64,000 nucleotides of DNA from Eledone cirrhosa (taxonomy: Eukaryota): NCBI GenBank assembly GCA_964016885.1, contig OZ024759.1:29264001-29328000 (forward strand), given 5' to 3'. The notes below the pieces were generated by a model. The model was not told the DNA's origin, made no database searches, and saw only the letters and a list, made by a program, of their open reading frames with translations. This document shows, piece after piece, positions 25,633-40,616 of this stretch. Each line of letters begins with the position of its first letter. The first letter of the stretch is position 1. The translations under genes were made by a program, and so were the position numbers.

Positions 25633-26184
25633 GGTTTAACATTTTAATAAGATATAGTTTGAACGTATTAACGAGCAAACAGTTTTCATAGTGCTAACAA
25701 GATGTATATTTGTAATGGGGCGGTTATATATATATATATATATATGAGCGGAACAAGTAAACATATATATATATATATTCAATCAACCTGATGATGTCAC
25801 CGGATTCATACTGAACCCGGTCATTGAAATGTTCATAGTATAATAAACCTTTAAGGAATTACACCAGTCTAACCTCCTGTTATTTTATAATAATTAAATT
25901 TTATAATAATTAACTCCGTACTCGCACCACCAACAACACAAACGAAGACGGCGAGTTGCGTTATATCGAGTGCTCTCCCTAATATTACATTAAGGTTAAC
26001 TATACGGAATGACCAGTTCTATCCAGTGATGAACCAACAAACCTAAATATATATATATATATATATATAATATTGTTTATTATAATAAAACTCCGGAAAA
26101 ACATAAATCGTTGCGTGCTTGACATCGGTTATGAAAAAGTCGGCAAATTTTGAATCAACCAACTTTCTTTAATTGAATAAATAA

Positions 26185-26218
<34 letters not shown>

Positions 26219-26654
26219 CAGTAGAGCATGTTTGGTTATGTCCCTTTGACTATTAACATCGAACCCTACTCTGGTGTACCTTTCTTTCCCCCCAATCAAT
26301 CAATAAAGTCGATTGTACCTCGGATGACGGCGCCTCAAAATGGCCACAGTCCACTGATCGGTCTGGTCATAATGATGTGAAGAACTTATATCATGTCTTC
26401 TCGCCAAGGTTAACTTTGCCTTTCATCCTTACGGGGTCGATAAAATAAAGTACCAGTAATGTACTGGGTAATTGCTAGCCTTGTGCCAAAAGTAGAACCA
26501 ATTATTTTACTGGAATCACCCATTGAGATGTCCTGCCGTGGGCATCGCCTTTCAAGATTATGGGGGTAGGGGTGAGATGGACAAATCAATGAGAAATCGA
26601 ACCACATGCCTTTTGTTTGTGCATTTATTATATGTCTTAAGTTGGTACATGTGT

Positions 26655-26686
<32 letters not shown>

Positions 26687-27766
26687 ATTTAATTAAGGTC
26701 CTGTTACTCTGAATTTTCGCCTCTGTATTCAGAGAGTCAGCTTTTTTTTTTTATAACCCCACCCTGAGAATGCACAGGCGAAACTCCTTTGAAAGTGCCC
26801 CTCTCCCAGTTTCTCTGAGAAAAAAAAAAATAGTTAGACCTGCCCCATTCAGCCCTATCAATCTTGCTGTTCTCACTCATCTTTCGCGAAACATTTAATA
26901 ATAGTAATTATGTTGGTGGGTAGTTATATTGGCATATTGTGTAGCCACCGGCTTGAATGAATTATATAATATAGTCTTCGTTCGCTACCCCTAACTCCGC
27001 TTCTAAAGTAACCTTTAGTTAAATACCCTAGTTTATAACCATGTACAAACTCCAAAGAACTGCAAAGTACCTTCCTTACTTTGGCCGGTTGTCCAAATTT
27101 AAAAAAAAAATAATCCATCTTTTCGCCCCGAACGTGTTTTCCTTTTCTGTCTGTCTGTCTGAAAATGAATTCGATTTTATTTTTAGAACATAGAATCTTC
27201 CCGATTGTGGTGCAACATTGTTTCACCTATTTTATTATTATCATTATCTCGCCGAGCTTAACTTTGCCTTTCATCCTTACAGGGTCGATAAAATAAAGTA
27301 CCAGTAATGTGCTGGGTAATGCCTGGCCTTGTGCCGGGTAATGCCTGGCCTTGTGCCTAAAGTAGAAATAATAATTAACATTACTATTAAATTGTTATCA
27401 TATTTTGTTTTATAATATTTCATGTTTATATCAAATTAAATCTGTCGATCGTATAAGCTGTCTGTCCAGCTAACCCCATGTATTGTAACATGTATATATT
27501 TATAATGTTTACCGTGATTCCATTTGAAAGCTTTTGTTGCTAATTAAGAAAACATCCATCGTTATTATTTTTTTTATTACTAATATATTATAGATTTTTT
27601 TTTCTATTATTTTGTGTTGACACATGATACCTAGAATTCATTATCATCATCATCATCATCGTTTTTATCCTCATCGCCATTATTATTCTCGCCGACGTCA
27701 ACTTCGCTTTTCATTTTTCTGAGGTCGATAAAATATAGTACCAGTCAAATACTGGGGCTGGGGATA

Positions 27767-28110
27767 GATGTAATCGGCTTTTTCCTTGCTTTGTGTTAAA
27801 ATTAGGAACCACCACCACCACCACCATCACCATTAACGTCTCCAATCATCATCATCATCACCACCACCACCACCATTATTATCATCATCATTAACATCCA
27901 GATGTAATCGACTTTTTCCTTGCTTTGTGCTAAAATTAAGAACCACCACCACCATCACCATTAACGTCTCCAATCATCATCATCATCACCATTATTATCA
28001 TCATCATTAACATCCAGATGTAATCGACTTTTTCCTTGCTTTGTGCTAAAATTAGGAACTACCACCACCATCACCATTAACGTCTCCAATCATCATCATC
28101 ATTAACATCT
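27767..28110. repeat. Three tandem copies of an about 120-bp unit (SINE tail plus CAC/CAT microsatellite)
   Basis: gatgtaatcgactttttccttgctttgtgctaaaattaggaaccacc occurs three times. Confidence 0.85.
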
Positions 28111-30031
28111 ATTATCATCACCACCATTATTACTATTATTATTAACATCTCCAATTATCATCGTTATTATTATTAACATCTCCATTATCATTATCACCAC
28201 CATTATTGTCGTCACCGTCGCTATTATCACATTCACGTCACCACCATTATCGTCATCCCGTCCTTTTGTTGAAATTAAAAATGTAATTTCAACATTTTCT
28301 GCATTGATTTAAAAAAACATAGTTGACGACGACGACGATGATGATGATGATGATAATGATTGTTTCTATCATAGGGAGCGAGGTTAGAAATTCTGAGGCG
28401 AATGGGGGGTATCCTTTAGTTTAGAGTACGAAATAGAAATTTTGAATAAAAAAAAATCTGGTCTGAATCAGTGCACATGCACCGAGAAATTTCAATGTTC
28501 AGGGATGGATGGGTGGGTGTGGTGGTTAGCTGTGTATTTAAGGGCTTGAAACACCCACCTTAGGCTCTGTACTTATCTTGTTTGACGACCCTCGGCACCT
28601 GGTGATTTCGTATATTATGTAAATTCTGGTGTCGTTCGATTAAATTATGAACGAGTATCATTGACAGACAAAAGATCTCGTTTGAAGTAAAGGAGATAGT
28701 GTTTCATAATAGAACCAGTATTGAGGACAGATTAGCATTAAAAGGGTATATATGTATCATCACGAGTGAAACCAAGATGGTGGTGGTCTCAGTGGTCGGA
28801 TAGATTCGCTAGAAATAGCAGCCAAATCACCATAAAAAACACCTTGCCATTCCAGTGTTTGCCCAGACTCTGATTTTCAGGGCACCAAACTGTCCCTCGT
28901 TCTATGATATAAAACTTTTTTTTAAAAAGAAATATGGTAACGAAAGTGTTAAAGTGTTTATATATATTCTAAAAACCTTCCGCCACAAGCTTATATAAGA
29001 ACCTCTGTTGAGTTATGTTCCAAACACCAGCTTGATAATGAGAAAATTAGTTATATTATTAAATCCCCCCAAATTATTTTCAAAGTGATTGGAAAATCAT
29101 AGGTAGTGCCTTTCATTAGTAATATCGTCATGAAAACGTTAGTGTTTATATTTATCTAAATACCATAATCTTATGTAGTAACCTTTGTTAAGTTACGTTC
29201 CCAAAACTACCCGAATGACGAGGATGTTAGTTTAAACTACATCTCTCCAAATTGTTGATTTATATTTTCGAGATGATCTGAAAATCATAGGCTGTGGTTT
29301 TTCATTAGTTCCCCGATATCTGTGTTAGGTTGATGATACATCGACCAACACCCTTGTTGAAGTCATTGATAAAAATTATTAACTGAGACTGTACTAGTGA
29401 AAAAGAGAGACGGGTGGAGGTGTTATGTCAGACAAATTGTATCTCTTTCTATATTTAGATGTACGCAAATGTAATTCTAAATCGAGATGTGTGTTTATCT
29501 ATATACACATACATACACACATAATCTGCTTCCTATACACGCACACACACACACACACACGATGTACATATATATATACATACACACATATATATATGTG
29601 TGCGCGTGTGTAGCGAGAGAGATTAAGATCAACATTTAGTGGTTTGCTATATGTGCACACACATTTGTGTGTGTGTATATATATATATAAGCAAGCGCAT
29701 ATGTATATACATATGTAATCTAAATTAAGATTATATGTTAGATAATGTGTGTGTGTATATATAAAGCGGACTTCTCCTACACTCATACACACACACACAA
29801 TCACACATACACACACACATATATATGTGATCGTGTGTGTTATATGGTTATTATGAGTGTATGTATTGTATTCTAAATTAAGCCTAAGAGAAAATAGCCA
29901 ACTGCTATTTCTGTCTACATTGTATGCCATCACCATTTTCTCTCTCTCCCCCCAGTCACTGCTCTCCTGGAGGCCATCACTTCCGGATTTTCTAAAATTT
30001 TACTTATGTAAAAATTATAAGGACATCCCCC

Positions 30032-30065
<34 letters not shown>

Positions 30066-31899
30066 GTATTTATGTATTATGTATGGATAGATAGATGGAT
30101 GGATGTGTGTGTTTGTTGTATTTGTCCCCAATAAAAATGCAATGATTTTCGCCTGTCACCCTGTGTGTGCGTATGTAGTTTCTACAATGTCTGTCTCTGT
30201 CACAACCACTTAGTTGAGGCTCTGATCTGAACACATATTTGTGTGTGTATATATGTATACACACACAAACACACATAGAGGGTGCGAGGGATATTTAAGG
30301 ACGTGTTTGGTATAATACACCGAAAATGCAGTGCCCTCATAGCTAGCACCCTGTATATGTATGTAAATGCATGTATATATGTATGTATATATGCATTCAT
30401 AATTTGAGTTCATTAAGAATTTTTTGCGTACGTTATTCAATACATACATAATATATTTGATTTGCGTGTACACACACGCACGCACACATGCTAGAATTAT
30501 GGCCCCCATCATTAAAACACTCCAGTATCTTACGAGATGCAACTTCGCAGGAGACCATGAACGTAGATGTGAACTGTCTTATTCAGTTGATCATTTCATT
30601 CGCGTACACGTTTAAATGTGTATGTCTGCTTGCGCAAGCTATATGTATGTATGTATGTATGTGTGTGTGTGTGTGCGTAAGCTACGTGTATATATATATA
30701 TATATCTGCGTATCTATATATGTGTATGCTTGCGTACGTACTCCATATATATGTATGCGTAAGTGTGTATGCATGTCTTCGTGTCACCACATATGTCTAC
30801 ATATATATATGTACACACACACACACACACACACCCCAGGAAATGTGTTATTCTTTTTAATGTCCTTGAGGCTAACACAAACACTACAAACGTCACTGTC
30901 GTTGACTTCTTCCTAGTCAAATCCCGTAATATATGTCAGTATATGTATGTATATATAGCTAAGATCAAAGTGTATATGTTGTTTCGTTTGTGTGTATGTA
31001 TATATATAAGCTAAGATCAAAGTGTAGTATATATATGTTGTGGTTTGTGTATGTACATGCATATATATATATATACATACACATACATATATATGTATAT
31101 AGATACACACATACATATATACATATGCATGTACATACACAAACCACAACATATATATACATATAATGTGAGAGAAAGAAAGAGAGAGTTCATATTTCCA
31201 CCAGAAAACCGACATAGCTATTGCTTCCTCTTTCACTCGCCTTACTCGTGATCTGGGTGGGATGAGTAGAAAGTGAGAGTGAGAGAGAGAGATTGAGATC
31301 GATAAATATAAAATCAACACGTCAATAAATACGGGTGATTCAGTCGATTAACTCCCCTTCCCTCTCCTCTCCTTCACCGCCTCCACCACCCTGCTATTTC
31401 CGACCACCCTCGTTCTTTAGCCTTTCTTTCCTTCTCCATTCTACTACCCCACCCCCTTTATAACAATAACAACATTATTTAAAAAAAAAAAAAATGTAAT
31501 TGACTGTTTTCCTGTTGGAAAAAAATAGCAGAAATAATATTATTACCTAATTTAGTTTAGCTGTGTGTATGTGTGTCTATGCATTTCTACCATACACTGT
31601 ATATGTATATTTGTATGTTTAAGTGTGTGTATCTGTATGTTTACATATGTGTGTGCCTGTGCATTTTCTACCACACTCTGTGTGCATTTGTATGTTTACA
31701 TGTGTGTGTATGTATATGTTTACATGTGTGTATGTTCTCTGTTACATACATATATAACAGTATGTGTACATCGGTATGTTTTCTACTAGCTTTGTCTTTC
31801 ATCCTTATGAGATCGATAAAATAAAGTACCAGTAATGCACTGGGGTGATTGCTGGCCTTGTGCCAAAAGTAGAAACATTCTTTACCTAGGTAATGTGTG

Positions 31900-32360
31900 T
31901 GGTGTGTGTTCTCTACCATACGCAGTGTGTGTATGTATGTCTATATGTGTGATCTCTACCATATGCAGTATGTGTGTATGTCTGGTTTTCCTCCCATATG
32001 CAGTGTATGTGTGTGTATATATCTATATGTGTGTTCTCTACCGCGTGTGTGTGTATGCCTATATGTGTGCTCTACCATAAGCAGTGTATGTGTATGCCTA
32101 TAGGTGTGCTCTACCATAAGCAGTGTGTGTGTATATGTCGATATATGTGTTCTCTCTACCATATACTGTGTATGTGTATATATATATCTGTGTCTCCTCC
32201 CATACGCAGTGTATGTGTGTGTTCTCTACCATATGCAGTGTATGTGTGTGTTCTCTACCATACGCAGTGTATGTGTGTGTTCTCTACTATATGCAGTGTG
32301 TGTGTGTTCTCTACCATATGCAGTGTATGTGTGTTCTATACCATATGAAGTGTGTGTGTA
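31900..32360. repeat. About 28-bp minisatellite
   Basis: Repeated ttctctaccatatgcagtgtatgtgtgtg. Confidence 0.85.
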
Positions 32361-32400
32361 TACGGTCGTAAAATGGCGTGACTGGAAAATAAAAACTAGA

Positions 32401-32425
32401 ATGATCCGCCTGTGTGATGTTGCTT
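32401..32425 (+). CDS. Candidate alternative first coding exon of B55 (MIRLCDVA, phase 1)
   Basis: agaATGATCCGCCTGTGTGATGTTGCTT|gtgagt; 25 nt and in frame with exon 3. An AAAATGGCG YY1-type motif lies 30 nt upstream. Confidence 0.55.
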
Positions 32426-32900
32426 GTGAGTGAGCTCTTTATTTCTTTCCATTCACCTTTTTCTCATTCTCTCTATTTCCATTCTATCTCTCTCTTTCTC
32501 CATCACTCCATCACTTACTCTTTCTATTCCTTCTATCTATCTCTCTGTCTTTCTATATTCTCTCTCTCACAACGTATTTCAGCTCACTCACGCTTTTTGT
32601 ATCGTGGTTCTTTCTAATTATTTTCTCTTCATTTGTGTATGTAATAAGTGTGTGTGTGTGTACATCAGTCTGTCTATCTACCTGTGTGCTTCATTATCTA
32701 CCCCCCCCTCTCTATACACGCACATATATGCAAACACACGCACTCGTAATGTTTGTCTATCATATATAAGCTTACTGGTTCCTGCCACTGGACTGCGGCC
32801 ATGCTGGGACACCATCCTCAAAGGTTTATCTAATCATATCTACCACAATACTCATTTCAGCCATGCTAGCGTGGAAAATAGACGCTAAACGATGATGTTC

Positions 32901-32941
<41 letters not shown>

Positions 32942-35781
32942 TACTCCAGCATGACCTTGGCCGTGATAGTTAACACAAAGTATAGAACACCCACACACAC
33001 ACACACACACACCCTTGCATACACACCTGCGTGCACTATTTATCTATATATTCCTGTTTTCTAGTACAGTCTGAAAAAATTACAAACACCACCTCCACCA
33101 CCATCACCACTATCAGCAATAACAAACAACCATTATTATTATTAGTATTATTATTACAGCAACCTGTCGGCTTTGGGCCAAGATATCTCCACCACCACGT
33201 AACACCCCACCCCACCCCGCCCTGCCGCCTGTCTGGCCATCCACCCTCACCGACCTACCAAAGACCATTGCCATTATTTTCTGCTGCCGGATATATTTCA
33301 ACATTCCTCTTTTCTAATCAACGTTTAAGTACATTTCTTAAAGAATACCATTTCAAAGAAGCCAGCCAGTGAAAATAATTTCCGTAACGACTTTGTTAGC
33401 AAAATATTTTCTTTTTTTTTTTCTTCTAAAAAAAAAAATAAAAAAATAAAAAACCACCAAATAACTCACTGAACCTTATTGGTCAAGTTTTTACAATATT
33501 TAAATTAAATTTAATTCAACAAAAACAATATTTTGTTGAGGCTTGGGCAAATATCTTGTATGTTTAATTGTTAAGGTGTTTGTCTCAGAGTTGTAAGGTC
33601 GTGAGTTTGATTCCTGGTTGTGTCCTTGAGCAAGACACTGTAATTTTATGTTTCTCCAGTCCAGACATCTGTACCTGTAATTCAGTATGACCTGTAACAA
33701 CAGCATTGTAGAACCTGGGGCCCCCTATCATTAAAACACCCAAGAAACTGCCTATGAGATGTAGCCTTGCAGGGGGCCAGTTAAACCTAATTAGGTGTGA
33801 CCTGTAACGACAGCATGGTAGAAAGTGGGGGCCCCTATCACTAAAGCACCTGAGAAACTGCCGATGTGATGCAAACTCGTAAGAAGTCATCTAAATTTAC
33901 GTGTGAGTTATAACTTGAACACAGATTTGGATACACACGCTTCTGTTTCAGAGGGTGGATGGTTACTTTGAATGCTTGTGCTGGAATGTAATTTGGCTGC
34001 TATTTCTAGCAGCTTAAAAGTGTACATAGAAGCTTGGCTGTCTGTGATTTCAGTGAGGTCTAGCAACACAAGACAATAAGTTATCTTCAAACCTGTTTTG
34101 AATACTTGCAACCAAAGTGGCTTGCACTAAAGACACCCAAGGGTCAAGTGATGGTGGTATCTCTTTCTGGTGTCCACTCTGTTGCCTAGCAATACCTCTC
34201 ATGTCCACTTCACTAATGTTTGGTCAGTCAGAATTAAAAAAGACTATCCAACTATAAAAACACTTGCCTGAGTATATTAACCCTTTAGTGATCTGATTTC
34301 TGACAAGAATATATTGTTCTTTGTGATTTAATTATGAGATAATTATCTTCTTCTTTGCCCACATATTCCAGGGAGAGTTGTTGGGGCAGGGTTTCAAACA
34401 CTCTTTCCAGTGGCTCTTGTCAGAAGCAACGGTCTCCATCTGATCCGGTTGGAACCCCAACTGTGACCAACCGAGCTCATGGATGTTATTCAACCATCTT
34501 GCTCCGGGTCTGCTCCTGGGTCTACCGCTGGTTGGTTTTTGCCTGTAAACTATGTCCATTTAAATGAATATAGCCTTCAAAATGGCCAGAAATTGTTTTC
34601 AAAAAATCATTACTCAATGGAGTTGCGAATCAAAACCTATAATCTAAACAACACTTAACCCTTGAACATTTACATTAATCTATATATACTATTGTATTTT
34701 CACAGTAAAGGCTTTATCTCACATAATATCGAATCTACAAGATTTTGATATTATTTATTTTGCAAATGATACCTCAACATCGATATGAGTGGCCGGTTTA
34801 AACCGAAAGAGGTGAGAGAATTCTGGCCAGATATGGCCGATTTAAATGCTAAAGGGTTAAAACATTTTAAACATCAAAATATTAAACTTCATAAATATAT
34901 TTTCCACTCATGAGAATTTCAAAACCGCACCATCTAAACTATGTGTTGATTTGGATTTTTGCCTATTTCTCAAACATAAAATAGGGGTTCAGCTTATATT
35001 TGTGTATATGCAGTAATTATTTCATGACTAAGATAGTAACTTAACATATGGTTCTTATATATATATATATATAAATTTTGCTTGTTGTCTCCCAACAAAT
35101 TAAATATAACCTCTACATACATATATATATATATATTTATATAAATATATATAAACTAATGTTTGGAGATATGAATTTGAACCTTTCAAGACCTTATTTC
35201 TAATGAAATACATGCTATTTCAATTAATTAATGAAGAATTCTGTAGGATTTATTGAGATTGTAACTTAACATGTGGTTCTTATATCAAATTATGTTGGAA
35301 GATTTTAACTTAAATAAGAAAATTTTAAAATGGGTTTTGTTTCCTAGAACCAGAGCCAGTTTTGGCCAGGTTTGTATCAAAGGTGTTGACCTATTTTGCT
35401 ATCTAGACATGGGTACATCTGTGCAGTTAAGAAGCTCCCTTTGTAACCCTGTGGTATAGGGCTCTAACCCACTAACCACACGGTACTTTGGGCAAGTGTC
35501 TTTTATAGCTATGGACTAACCAATCCCTTTTGAGGGAATTAGGTAGGTGGAAGTTATGAAGGAGCCCATTTTATATGTTAAACCGGCCAGATTTCACTCA
35601 CTTCTTTCTGTTTAAACTGGCTGTCACCAGCCACTCATACTGATGTTAAGGTATTGTTCTCAAAATAACTAATATCAAAATATCATAGATTTGATATTAT
35701 GTGAGATAATTGTGTAAGCGAAAGCCTTTACTGTGAAAATACAATAGTATACATAGAGTAATGTAAATGCTAAAGGGTTAA

Positions 35782-36920
35782 ACTCCTCTGTTATGGCCTG
35801 GAGGATTATGATAAACAGAAGTGGGCTAAAAACTGAACCCTGATGCACTCTTACCTGCACCTTGAATTCCTCACTAAACTCACTTCCTGCTCAAACTTTA
35901 CTAGCAGCTCCTCTGTACATGGCTTGTATTGCTCTCAAGCCTTTCTCTACTCCTAGTTTCCTTAAGGCCTGCCAGGTGACAGTTCGGGGTACTCTGTCAA
36001 AAGCCTTCTCAAGATCAACAAAAGCTAGATATAGAGGTTACTCTTAGCTTAAGAACTTCTCTTGCAGTTGTCTGGCATCACCCTTTCCTTTCTAGCAATT
36101 AATGATTCTGCTGCTGTGCCAGTCATTGTGCATGGCACTGTCCTGTATTATTTCATTGATTGCTTCTTTGACCCTATAACTGTTAATTTCAATAGCTGCT
36201 CCTATTGTTTTAGTTGGGAGTAGTCTCCCTTCCTCCCATTCATTAACCTCTCATCAACATCATTTTACGTCCGCTTCTCCCTGCTTGCAAGGGTGGGACG
36301 GGAACTGATTCTGGCTTGATTTCTACAGCTGGATGCCCTTCCTAACACCAACCTCATTTACAGTGAGTGCTGGGTGCTTTTTTTGCTGTGGCACCTCTAC
36401 GACCACTTTGCAGTGGAATGTTAGAGACCCCAGTCCCTATCATCTCATTTCTACAGCTGAGTAAACTGGAGCAATGTGAAATAAAGTGTCTTGCTCAAGG
36501 AAACAACACATCACCCGGTCTGAGAATTGAACTCACAACCTTTCGATTGCAAGGCTAATGTTCTAACTACTAAGCCATGTGCCTCCATATTAGCATTTAC
36601 ATCAGTGATGCTTAGTTCACTAGTGTCATTTCAATGACACTTTTCCCCAACAACATGCTGATTTAAATTGACACTGTCTTGCAATGTGTAACACCTCAAG
36701 TGTCTGGTCTTCATGTCGCAAGACATTGGCAAACCTCTTTTTCAGCCTCTTTTTGTACTATGTATATCTATCGCCTAGCCTCTCTTTTAGCTACCTAGTA
36801 CTGGTCTTTGCTGTCTTCATTTGTCCAATCTTTCCACACCTGTCTTTTGGCTTTAATGACTCCATCTACTGTGCTGTTGCACCCCCATATCACTATCTTT
36901 CTGGCTGATGTTTTGCTCCA
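35782..36920 (-). mobile_element. RTE-like RT fragment, interrupted by a SINE and truncated by a MITE
   Basis: AFVDLEKAFDRVPR..WQALRKLGV and VRVHQGSVFSPLLFIIILQAITEEF. Confidence 0.75.
36251..36586 (-). mobile_element. Full-length copy of the same SINE
   Basis: Reverse complement of the 40617 element, inserted within the RTE fragment. Confidence 0.85.
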
Positions 36921-38972
36921 ATCACAATTCTTATCAGTAGCCTGTAGTAGATGTATGTAAAATGGAGGTGTAGTGTATACATGAATATGTATGCTGTGTA
37001 TATCAGCTTACCCTTGTTTTCATATTGACAGTGCTTCAAGCAACTGTTGACATTTGTTTACATCCTGCATAAAGAAAGCGTGGTTGAGTGGCATGACGAA
37101 GATGGGTGATATATACCATGCTTATAAATAAATAAAGTATGAGCTGGTGCCAAGGGGAGTATGTGGCCATAGAAAATAATCGGATGAAAATGTCATGTCC
37201 AACCCATGGCAAGACACACAGTGATAATAATGATGATGATGATATTTGGACTTCTCTGAATTTGTTGAACTATATTATCGCTAAAATATGGAGAAAGTAA
37301 ATAATTTGTATATGATAAAAAAGAAATTATACAAGACACACACACACACGCGTGTGTGTGTGTATATATATGTGTGTATGTGTGTAGAGAGAAACAAGTG
37401 GATGTTAAATTATTATATAACACACACACACACACACACATACATAGGTGCACATACTCACAAACAAACACACTTTGAATGAAAGCAATTCTGCAAGTCA
37501 TAATTCTTTGACTGATATATTGTGATCAATTGACAGATATATTGTGATCAATTCCCACATGTATGGAAAGTTAATTAGAAATTGACATCATGTCTAAGCT
37601 GTCATGGAAGCATTTGCATCATCATCATCGTCTTGTGTCCAATGTCCATGTTGGCATGGGTTGGATAGGTTTTTACTCAGTGGAGGAGCAGGGTACTATT
37701 ACTTTTTTTAGAATGGTCGAGGTACCATGCCTCACATTTCATTTTTAGTCATGGTTTCTCTGACCAGATGTCCTTTCTAATGCCAACCACTTTACAGATG
37801 CAATGGTGCATTTTATCATGGCACCAACACTACCACTTTGCAGAGTGTACTGGGTATATTTTATGACATCAACACTACTGTACAGAGTGTACTTGGTATA
37901 TTTTATCATGGCACCAGCACTACCACTTTGCAGAGTATACTAGGCATATTTTATCATGACATCAACACTACCATTTTAGAGTGTACTAGGTATATTTTGT
38001 CATGTCATCAAAACTACAACTTTACAGAGTGTACTGGGTATGTTTTATGATGACACCAGCCCTACCACTTTACAGAGTTTACTGGGTATATTTTATTATG
38101 GCACTGGCACTACAACTTTACAGAGTGTACTGGGTGTATTTTATCATGGCATCAGCACAACTAGATTCGGTACCTTTTAGTGATTCTCTGGGCTTGTACA
38201 GATTTTAACTTGAATTTTTGTTTAAAATGTTTCAATTGATCTTTAGAAGGATGAAAGAGAAAGTTTTATATGTTGTAATTTTGAAACAGATTCTGATAAT
38301 ATTGAGCAACAATAAATACAATGAACCAAACAACAACATCAACAAAATGCTATATCTACTAGCCTCATTTAATTGACTGCAATCAACGGATAAGATGGTT
38401 TCATATGGATAGGATTAGAAGGATGGTGTAGATTGATCTTACCACCTCCACCACCCTGTCATCATTACCACCACATCACACTACTACCACCATTATCAGC
38501 ACCACCTCCACACCACCGTTTACCACATTACTACTGCCACCACCTCCACCACATCATACTACCACCATTACCACTACCGTTTGACATATTACTATTGCCA
38601 CCACCTCCATCACATTACACTACCACCATTACTACTGCCACCACCAACTCACTACCATTATAACCACAACCATGACTACTACCACAATAAGGCTACCATT
38701 ACTTTACTGTTGCCACTACCACCACACTACCACTGCCACCATCACCACTACAACTATGAGCACCACCGCACCACAACAACTATAGCTTACAGTTTGTTAT
38801 CTAGCTATCATCATGTATACAAATGTCATCCTCAGTTACTAGCTGTTATAATTGTTGTTGATGTTGTAGTTATGTTGTTGTTGTAATTGTTGTTGTTTCA
38901 CTGAAATAGTTAATCTATAGAAGATAATCAGCAATTTAATGACTGCATTTCTTTTTATAGACATTAGTAGAC

Positions 38973-39010
<38 letters not shown>

Positions 39011-39013
39011 CGT

Positions 39014-39478
39014 ATCATCATCATCATCATTTTACGTCCGCTTTTCCCTGCTTGCAAGGGTTGGACGGGTCCTATTCCGCACATCATCTCTCCACTTGTC
39101 ACGGTCCTTCGTCATCTCCTCGGTGAGTTTCAGCGATCTGAGGTTTGCTCTCACCACTTCCGCCCATGTTTTTCGTGGTCTACCTCTACTGCGTCTTCCT
39201 TCTACTGGGATTTCTTGGCACTTCTTTATCCAGCGGTCATCCTCCATGGACATCACATGTCCATACCATCTCATCCTTCTCTCAACTTATCCCTCTTATA
39301 CCCAGTTTCTTTCTCAACTCGTCTATGCTTGGTCGTTCACGCACATTGACATTGGACATCCAAAGGAGCAAACTTGCTTCATTTCTCTCCAGCCGTCGCA
39401 TATCCTCTGCAGTTGCTGCCCATGTCTCACTACCATGCAGCATCACGCATCTCACACAGGAATCATATAACCATCCTT
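39014..39478 (-). mobile_element. RTE-like LINE 3' end with (TGA)n tail
   Basis: MRWYGHVMSMEDDRWIKKC..GRRSRGRPRKTWAEVVR; ends GGAAAAGCGGACGTAAAA(TGA)n. Confidence 0.85.
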
Positions 39479-40493
39479 ACATACTGAGTTGGTGGTAATT
39501 ATTACACATACCCTTTCCATATTGTTTCATCTTCATGTATTATGTAATACATGTGTGAGTGTGTGTAGTTCTCTCTCTCTCTCTATCTCCCTATATATAT
39601 ATAATAGAGAGATCTATATATACATGTGCGTGTGTAGAGAGAGATCATCATCACCGTTTTACATCCGTTCTTCCACGCTAGCATGGGTTAGACGGGTTGT
39701 CCTGTTGTGGGCAGTGTCCGGTCGGCTGACCTTGTCTTGCTCATACAGGAACTGATTCTGGCTTGATTTCTACAGCTGGATGCCCTTCCTAACACCAAAC
39801 TCATTTACAGTGAGTGCTGGGTGCTTTTTTGCCGTGGCGCCTACACGTCCACTTTTCAGCGTGGGCTGGATGCTTTTTTGCCGTGGCACCTTGACGACCA
39901 CTTTGCCTATATATATATATATTGAGCTCTTTTTTTCTGTGAACTATTGAGATGAATAGATCCAACCCATGCAAGCATGGTAAAACACATGTAAAAACAA
40001 TGATGGTGATGCTATTTAAAGCCTTGTGTATGTGTAGATATGCACACACACACACACTCTTAAATGTTAGGCGGGGGAGGGGGTTCAATTGTGTCGAAGA
40101 CATGACAATCGACACAATGAATGCACCCAGCACACTTTAAAGTGGTTGGTGATAGGAAGGGCATCCAGCCATAGAAAACTTGCTAATCAAAATGCACTCA
40201 GTAGAGCGTGTGACTGTATGTGTGATGCAGGCTCCCAGCCCATCTGAGAGGTCAGTAGCCCTGCTTGAGTACTGACTTGGTCTGTAAAGACTCATCCAAC
40301 CCTTGCTAGCAAGGAAAATGGACATTAAATGATGATATACCTATCTATCTCTACATATATTATATGAATAAGATCTCAACACAAATTTATGCTTCCTAAG
40401 GTTTCAAACCTCAACCAGTATGTATATTTTGGCTCTGTACATTACATAAGCCATTATTTTTTTCTTGATCTATTTTTTCAGAAACTCTTGGCG

Positions 40494-40552
<59 letters not shown>

Positions 40553-40616
40553 TATACAGGGTGTCCCCCCAAAATGTATATACACTTCAACAGCATTCTA
40601 AAATATATATATATAT

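Noticed and set aside
30835-31265. Exon-like unique blocks in intron 2 (about 30840-30924 and 31205-31256)
   Set aside because: Weak splice signals and no coding support; they could be UTR exons but cannot be supported from sequence alone.
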